A program made the translations under genes and the position numbers. The notes under the pieces are model-generated. The model saw only the letters and a list, made by a program, of their open reading frames with translations, was not told where the DNA came from and searched no databases. A stretch of DNA of 64,000 nucleotides, from assembly GCA_977016875.1 (NCBI GenBank), contig CDRNST010000165.1, positions 372,001 through 436,000 of the forward strand. Direction: 5' to 3'. Positions 38,460 through 64,000 of the stretch are shown in pieces; positions within the stretch are counted from its first letter, which is position 1, and every line of letters starts with the position of its first letter. The DNA is from Pavona decussata (lineage: Eukaryota).

Positions 38460-41400
38460 ATGGCGACTTCGAATGCGATGAAATCTTGTGCCACGAAATT
38501 GACCAAAACAGAGAAGAAGGCCTTAAGAAAACAAACGAAACTTGTGAACAGTCTTCGTAGAAATAACGCCGATCCAGCCACGGTCTCAGAAACTCCAACT
38601 CGGCACTTGATGATTGGAAATGGAGGATTGATGTGTGGCGTGGAGCGGAGTCAAATAATGAGTTTGTTTCAGAAATTTGGCAACATCGAACGCATTTTAA
38701 TGTTTCCCGGAAGATCGTTTTCGTTCATTTCGTTTGAAGACGTCAATGAATCAGTGAGAGCCATGGATAAGGTCAATGGACGTGTTTTGGATTGTCCTTC
38801 AGAATTCCCCAGATCGGATGTTAGGTTTTATCTTTCCTTCCTCGCAAGTGTACCAGATGAGGTTACTGTTGAGAATCTGGATAAACCGGCCGGCCTTATT
38901 CTGGTGGAAGAGTTTGTGAGTGAAGCAGAAGAGGAAGAACTGATCCAAGCTCTAGGATGGGGCAATTATGACAATGAGAATGAAATTCAAGGGACAGGTA
39001 TTGAATCATGACCATACAGCCGAAGCATCCAGCACAGAAGTTTACAGAAATATAAAATGGGCCCTTTGCAGCTAACAGTCACATGGTACAAAAAATCTAT
39101 CATGCTGGAGAACAAGCTATGTGCTGGGACATCCAAAACAAAGAAAATTCAAGTTTGACTGGATGAAGTTGCTTTATTTTGGATGTACATGTCCCAGCAT
39201 GCAATTTGCTCTCCAGGATGGTAGATTCTGTATGATGTGACCGTTAGCTCCAAAGGGCTCATTATATAATAAAGTTAACCAGCTGCAATAAATATATGCC
39301 TAACAGGAAAATCTAAGTGATAATTTGTGATAGTGCACTATGACAAATAGGCGAAATTTTGGTCTGGACATTTCCCCAGAATGTCATTTTCTGTCTGTCC
39401 AGCTTGTTTTAGAGTCTATCAAATGGGCTGTTTAGACCAGCTGGTGCATTTAGATTTCCAAACTGAATAATTAAGTCACAGAAAATTTCAGCAAACCAAT
39501 AATATTGTATCTCCCAAATTTCTGAGATGCTGGTGGCTGTCTGAAAATCTTCGCATTTGAAACATCATTTTTGTCCCTCTGGGCCGAGTTGTTCAAAACC
39601 TGATTAAGCTAATCCTGGGTTAACGTGAGCTTTGATCTGAGTATATTTACTAATCCATAAGGTTTTCTCCAAAAGATTTTGCCCCTCAGTTTTGCCTTAG
39701 ACATTCCTTTACCATTGGATTAAAATGAGCCTTTAAAATCATCTTTAATAAGTGAGTTGAAAACCTCGGTTAACTTTTAATCGTGGATTAGCGTTAATCA
39801 ACTTTCGAACAAACGGGCCCTGGAGACAAAAGGAATTATGATTTCCAGTGTTATGACACTTTGTGGTGACATTTCGCAAAATAAAACACATGTGTCGCCA
39901 CAATATTAAATTTGAAAATCTGAGGTGATTCAGGCCTTTGGGAGAGATATTACTGAAAGAAACTACTGGGTTCCACTAATATATATATAGGTGACCTTTT
40001 TGTTCGCTTAGACAATTTCTTTCCAGGAAATCTGCTACATTGTATGGAAACATTTGCATGTGCATACCTGCCAAGTTGCCCAGATTATTTGGGAGCCTTC
40101 TGGATTTGGACTGCAACTCCTGGTTTTCCAGACATAACCCAATCTCCTTAAGTCTCTCTTAAGTCGTTTTTTTTTTCATTAAAAAAAAAATGTAAATTTG
40201 TGCTAAGTGGCCCTCTTATTTCAGTGAAATGGGACTATACCAAATGTCTGAATCCCACTTTAAAGAGTTCATCATGTCCAAATGTTATTTTTGATTAAAG
40301 ATTTAAGTACATTTTGTCTTCCTTGCAGCCAATCAGCAGCTTCGCCACAGGAGAGTCAAACATTTTGGCTATGAGTTTTTGTATGGAACAAACAATGTGG
40401 ACAAATCAAATCCCTTACAAGATGGCATCCCCAGTGTTTGTGACACATTGTTGGAATGGATCCTAATGCATGTGTCATTCAAACCTGATCAAATGACTGT
40501 TAATGAGTACAAACCAGGCCAGGGTATGTTCTAATGACAGTTTGGGATTTTTCATACAGCAGTACAGAAGTTGGGATACATGTATATGGTGTGGTGTATT
40601 GTATTATAATCAAATTGCACTGCGTTGTATTGTATAACATAGTGCTGTATTATATTTATTTATTTATTTATTTATAAACATTATTTAAACAGAAATTCCA
40701 ATTCAGCGTAGCTGGTTTAAATGGAGATCTGTATAAAATAATAAGAATAAATAATCAAATATAGAAATAAAAGCAAAAGTCATTCAAAGAGTTCATGAAG
40801 GTGAGAAATTAACTAACTAAAGGTGATTTAGATGTTTCTTGACTCTCAGTTTAAAACTAGTGAGAGACAGATCGTGACGTAAGTTACGAGGAAGAGTGTT
40901 CCAGGATTTGGCGGCATTGTACTTAAAAGATGTTTGTGTTTTATTTTGTTGTATGTAACAATAACAAAATGCCTAAGTCTCTTTTTTCTCATAAAGAAAG
41001 CACAGACAAAAAAACAACAACATTCTTTTGGTAAACTGCTATTGTTGTTGGTTTTTTTCTGAAGGCATTCCTCCTCATGTGGACACTCACTCAGCTTTTG
41101 AGGATGGGATTGCTTCAGTCAGCCTTGGATCACAGGTATAAGTCATTTATTACTAAATAAATCATTGTTTCTTTTTCCATCTTCTACAAACTCAGTAGGT
41201 GCTGGCGTGGGGTGTATGTTGTTGTTCTATGTGTTTGTAATCAAGTCACCGCTTTTCCTGGCCACTGTTTTCTGATCTTGTTCTCCTCAATCTACTTTTG
41301 TGCCTTTTTATTCTGAAAAATCTTTCTCGTCCAGCAGGCCTGCTCAATCATTCTTTTCGTTTGTGTCATGCTCAGGTTACCATGGAATTCCGTCATCCTG

Positions 41401-43723
41401 ATGGCCGTCATGTGCCAATTGTTTTACCCAGGAGAAGTCTGCTTGTAATGACAGGAGAGAGTAGATATCTTTGGAGTCATGGGTAAGCTGCATGAAGCTC
41501 TCCTGAGTCAATTTTTAAATATTAAAACTATTTATTTTTCCACGAGTGTGCATTAGAAAAAAGATGATTGATAGCCAACGAGGTGCTAAGCACTGAGTTT
41601 GCTTATGATAATGATCCCATACCATATTCACACAAGTGTGGGTGGAAGATTTTTTTTAATGATGAACAACCAAGAAATATTGCTAGATCTGATTTCATTT
41701 TGCAAGAAAGACCAGAAGACGATATAATGGTCTCTGTTTCTTGGGCATGGTGTAATGGCTGATATCCAATGCCGCTAAGCCAATCAAAACTCTGGATTTC
41801 CGCATTATCCAATGATCCAACTTATAATAACCTATTTCCAGGTTAAGAAACAATACTTAGAGCCCTATAGATACTCTTTCATAATTTATGCATAATTTAA
41901 TTTAATTTGCTTTGATTTCAGTATAACGCCTCGAAAATTTGATATCGTACAGAACATCAACAGCACATCAAACAAGAGGGCCAGTGGCGCTAAATGCTCC
42001 AAGGTACATGAACCTGACAGTGAAGAGAGCACCTCAATAAAAGGAGCCGGACTGGGCACAACACTGTTTGAAAGACAAACCAGGATATCGCTTACACTGC
42101 GCAGGATTCGCCATGCTCCATGTAACTGTGCTTTTCCATCTCAATGCGATTCCCGAAAGGGTAACAAAAGTAAATCTCAAGTACCACCGTCATCTGATGT
42201 TCCGGAGTCTGAAGAAGAAGCTGAAAAACTGGAAAAACTTCACGTACATGAAGTATATGAGAAGATAGCCCCACATTTTAGCGGTACACGCCACAGCCCG
42301 TGGCCGAGGATCGCAGAGTTTTTGCGGGACCAGCCCGTGGGTAGCCTCATGGCTGATGTCGGATGCGGGAACGGAAAATATCTCGGGATAAACAACAGTG
42401 TATTCAGTACTGGCTCCGACAGAAGTTTCAACCTTGCTGCTATCTGTAGAGAACGAGGATTTTCTGTGATTGTTTGCGATATCTTGTCTCTACCATACAG
42501 GTAATGAGAGCGAAAGTACGCTGAAGTTAACAAGACACCAGACAACGCACAGTTTTCTAATGACTAGTGTGAAACTAAGAGTGAACCCTTCAGTTAAATG
42601 TACCATTCGGAATTTAAAGGGAACCTTCACTCTTACAGCAAATTGAAGTTTTTTCGAAACGTCTAAATTCTAAATTTGATTTCAAAAAGTGAAATAACGT
42701 AACAAGTTTACACATTTGTATGTGATTATCGCCCGTTTTCGGCCTAAAATTTCCGAGGTCCAACATTTTTATGACGTCAAATGGTGCCGCTTTTGTCAGG
42801 AAGCAAAGTTTTTTTTGTGAAATGGAACTAAGTGCGGGAAGACTTTTGTAAGCAGCCACGGTTGGGTTTGGTTTTGTTCCCGATTTTTACCCAGTTATTG
42901 TTCACCAAGGCTAACCTGCTAGCAGAGCGTTTCTTTCTTGCAAGTTTTTTAGCATTTACAAAGTTGTTTGCGTCTCTGGTATTTCGAGTAGTTGGCTTGT
43001 TTAGCGTATACAAACAGAAAAGCCTCTGTTAGCAGGGTACACCAAAGCAAGCACTGAAGATTAGTGTCGACAGTTGGTAGCAAACTTAAATTGTTTATTT
43101 GTTTCAGATCCGATGCATTTGACGTCTGTCTTTGTATTGCCGTCCTTCACCATCTCTCAACGGCCGAGCGACGTCTGGCAGGTCTGAGGGAGCTGGTTCG
43201 AGTTACGCGGCCGGGTGGACTGGTGCTAGTGTATGTGTGGGCCTTGGAGCAAGAAATCGAAAAAGTCAAAAAGAAAAATTTGAAAGAAGTTGACTTCACG
43301 GGAACTAATGAAGATGACAGTGTAACAGACGGAAATATCGAAGACGAGTCCTTGAAAAATATTAAAGAGACTAAAGAGACTTTTCCAAGCAAATCTGAAA
43401 ACCCGAGTGATCACAGTAAGCCAAGGTTGCGTGTGAATGCCAGCAGGGAATCCTTTGAGCAACAAGACTTGTTTGTACCTTGGAAATACAGCGGACCAGG
43501 AAAACAACAGGAGAAACAGAGAAAAGTAAACGGACAAAAGGGTGACGTCACTGAAGGTCTCGTGTTTCATAGGTATTATCACGTGTTTCAAGATGGCGAA
43601 CTTGTGGAACTTTGCAGCCAGCTCAGTGACGTAACAGTCGAGAAACAGTATTACGATAAAGGAAACTGGTGTGTTATACTCAGGAAAAAACCTGTGATGG
43701 CAGGGAATTGGACGTACAACTGA
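38460..43723 (+). CDS. ALKBH8: tRNA wobble-uridine methyltransferase/dioxygenase ALKBH8, 701 aa. Exons 38460-38997, 40329-40523, 41065-41135, 41376-41482, 41922-42500, 43108-43723
   Basis: RRM ([16 protein letters not shown]), AlkB domain ([56 protein letters not shown]), Zn motif [11 protein letters not shown] and Trm9-type MTase ([46 protein letters not shown]). Phases consistent (2106 nt). Confidence 0.96.
39059..39260. mobile_element. Palindromic MITE in ALKBH8 intron 1
   Basis: GCCCTTTGCAGCTAACAGTCACAT..GGGACATCCAAAA / TTTTGGATG..GTCCC..ATGTGACCGTTAGCTCCAAAGGGC form imperfect inverted arms. Confidence 0.75.
39582..39819. mobile_element. Harbinger-like MITE with CTG TSD
   Basis: CTG|GGCCGAGTTGTTCAAAA..GATTAAGCTAATCC / GGATTAGCGTTAATC..TTTCGAACAAACGGGCC|CTG. 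Confidence 0.75.
40655..40933 (-). mobile_element. 5'-truncated LINE (CR1/L2-group) 3' end
   Basis: Minus-strand translation [38 protein letters not shown] matches the WNxLP...FK C-terminus of CR1/L2-type ORF2, followed by a 3'UTR and (TAAA)n tail. Confidence 0.75.
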
Positions 43724-43973
43724 ACATTCACTCATCTCCAGCCTAGAAGCGTTGAATCTGTAATTCGGGTCATCACGCAACGCTTCGGAGAGCTACTGCA
43801 GCCGGTCACGACCAACGTTAACGGTGCATACCGTTAAGGTAGCGTAAGAATAAATAACCGCTTGCACGTTGTAAATAAAGGTTTGAAACGATTTCTGTGA
43901 CTGGATGTATCAGTGTCCTCTTATCCAGTGTGACCGGGGTAACCGTTCCTTTGACCTGAAGGTAACGCGGCCT

Positions 43974-44427
43974 CCCCGGGGGTTGGAATTACTCCCATAT
44001 ATGGGTTAGATAGGCATGTGCCGCCTGATAGGGTATGGTTTTTGAGGGTTTCGATCGTTAAATAGGGTATCATTTTTGCAAGTGTTGGCAGTGTGTTCCC
44101 GGTGTGATCCTTTGATAGGGTACCAAAGTTGTATCAGCATAACACTGTCAAGGTAGTGAACAAACTTCTCTGAAAGATGTTCCATGGTTATGATGGCATA
44201 TTATTAAACTAGGGTAGGCTCTAGTATTCTACGCTCGATGTTACAGGAACGAAATAAAGCCGTTCACGACATTAAATTCTTAGTTTTTGTTTTTCCCTTG
44301 AATAGGGTGTCATTGTTCGGGTGTGGGCCTTAAATAGGGTATCAATTTTCGTTTGTCTCATCTTTAAATAGGGTGGACGGCACACACCTATCCCAAATTT
44401 AAGGGAGTACCCTTCCGCCCCCCCGGG
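43974..44427. mobile_element. CCCGGG-terminated MITE with 8-bp TSD, just downstream of ALKBH8
   Basis: CCCCGGGGG..TACTCCC / GGGAGTACCC..CCCCGGG, TSD CGCGGCCT at 43966-43973 and 44428-44435, internal TAAATAGGGT subrepeats. Confidence 0.88.
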
Positions 44428-45221
44428 CGCGGCCTATTGAAACGAGAATGTGCGTAGATACGATCCAATAACAGGCTTCGCATTGTCTGGGAAAAACGTT
44501 TTTTTTTTCAAGGATTGGGAAAAGTCAGGAAAATTCTTAATCCCAGTGAAAAATCAGGACACTTTATATTTGGCTAGCCATTAGGTTTGCAAAGGAGTTT
44601 CCACTGCTAAGCTTGTTGGTAAAGGTAATGTCGTTCGAAAAAGTATATTTCTAGGAAGTTGATTTTTGTGGTTTCGTCGCTGGCTTGCAAATGATTTCTC
44701 ATTGGTACTCAGTGAAAATTGGTTTGTGGTTAGTGAATAGTCAGGGAAATGTCGGAATTTTTTCCATTCAGATAAGTGACAACCCTGAATAATGAGCGGA
44801 AAGAAATTTAATTCCATGGTTTAAGACACGCTGAAGTTGGCTGACTAATACATTACGAACACTGTTATCCAACGAAGTATCCACCAGCGCAATGAGCTTG
44901 GATTTAGCATAATAAAGATTGCAAGATCAAATGTCATTAGTTTAACCAGTGTATACTAAATCTACCAACAACAAAGGCAAAAATTTCATTTTAATACATA
45001 TCATTAACAGCTATTTACACTTTCTTACAACGCGCGGATTGATATTATATTTGTTCTGAGGAGACCAGCGTGACGCTGCGAAAAGGTTCAGACTTTGGTC
45101 ACGGAACTCTATTTTATACAGCAGGTTAAACTGTAACGTGATCAACGGATTCAGTCTGATTTTTGCTGGAGATACGCCCAAACCCTGGCAATATTTATTC
45201 GAATAATTATATTTTCGCGAC

Positions 45222-63193
<17,972 letters not shown>

Positions 63194-63247
63194 CTACAAG
63201 TAGGATACTATTGAACATTTTTGATAACACAAGAATTTTTGTGTCAT

Positions 63248-64000
63248 TGGTGGTATAGTTGCTAGCGCACTGGACAACATATTGCAAGGTTGGTGGTTCC
63301 AGGTCTAGCCTCTATCATCATGTTGTTTCGTTAGTCACATTGTCTCTCTTCACCCAGGTGTATGAATGGGTACAAGCAACATACTTCTGGGTTAAAGTGC
63401 CTATGAAGCGAAAATTGCTTTTGTGTAGTTATAAAATTTGCACTTTAACATGTACGATTCTGAAGTTTTAGAGTACTGGGGTAAAACTCGTAGATTTTAC
63501 AAACGCTCAAAGTTGGGCTACTTTGCTTTCAAAAATGGTCAGAGGACTGGGTTGAGTTTTATACTGAATTCCAAGTTGTGACGTCACATTGGTGCCAAAA
63601 GTTTGTTTACTTTCATTCTGTTCTTGCCCCCGAAAAGGATTGTAGAAAGAGAAAAGCATGTCTAGCGTTTCTGTGAACGATCAATTCTGGCAACTCTCTT
63701 TGTTACGGACGCCAACAACACAATATTGCCCTCGCTGTTGCTTACCTTTTTTCTCTTCCGCCATGATGAATTGCAATTCTTGGCACCAACATGACTTCAG
63801 CTGTTATTGTCACCTGGCATTTTGGCCGCGCGATTCAAATACCATTTTGAAGGCAAAATAGCCCTACTTTGAGCGCTCACAAAATCGGCAATTTTTACCC
63901 CAGCAATCTCAAACTTTGAAATCCCGTGTTTGAAAGGGTAAATTTTATAACTACCTAAAGACAATTTTCGCTTCATAGGCACTTTAACCCTGCAATAGAG
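63248..64000 (+). mobile_element. tRNA-derived SINE split by the TTAA element
   Basis: TGGTGGTATAGTTGCTAGCGCACTGGAC (A-box-like)..GGTTCCAGGTC..CACCCAGGTGTATGAATGGGTAC..GGG[insert]TTAACCCTGCAAT; reverse complement of the 27900-28090 family. Confidence 0.7.
63392..63987. mobile_element. TTAA-flanked non-autonomous element (Kolobok-type) inserted in a SINE
   Basis: TTAA-AGTGCCTATGAAGCGAAAATTG..TAGTTATAAAATTT / AAATTTTATAACTA..CAATTTTCGCTTCATAGGCACT-TTAA. Confidence 0.9.

Overview
Eukaryotic, intron-rich, AT-rich metazoan DNA. The interspersed repeats resemble those I associate with stony corals (Scleractinia); this taxonomic call is inference. Six protein-coding genes are supported. (1) The 5' part of a Dachsous-like protocadherin (minus strand, runs off the left edge). 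(2) SLC25A36/33 mitochondrial pyrimidine-nucleotide carrier (+, 5 exons). (3) 5-hydroxyisourate hydrolase URAH (minus, 4 exons), almost invisible in the ORF track, whose PTS2-encoding first exon lies about 8.4 kb upstream of the rest. (4) A 2-exon Crypton/DUF3504 tyrosine-recombinase-derived gene nested on the same strand inside URAH intron 1, which appears to have lost catalytic residues. (5) ALKBH8 (+, 6 exons), head-to-head with URAH (205 bp between start codons). (6) The 3' 33 exons of TAF1 (minus), including a frame-essential 16-nt micro-exon. Introns and the ~19 kb intergenic region carry many MITEs, tRNA-derived SINEs, a LINE 3' end, a decayed hammerhead-like motif and simple repeats. 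The most unusual structure is the ALKBH8 <> URAH [nested Crypton-derived gene] locus. All gene models were built by hand from GT-AG sites and remembered family motifs; no database search was run.
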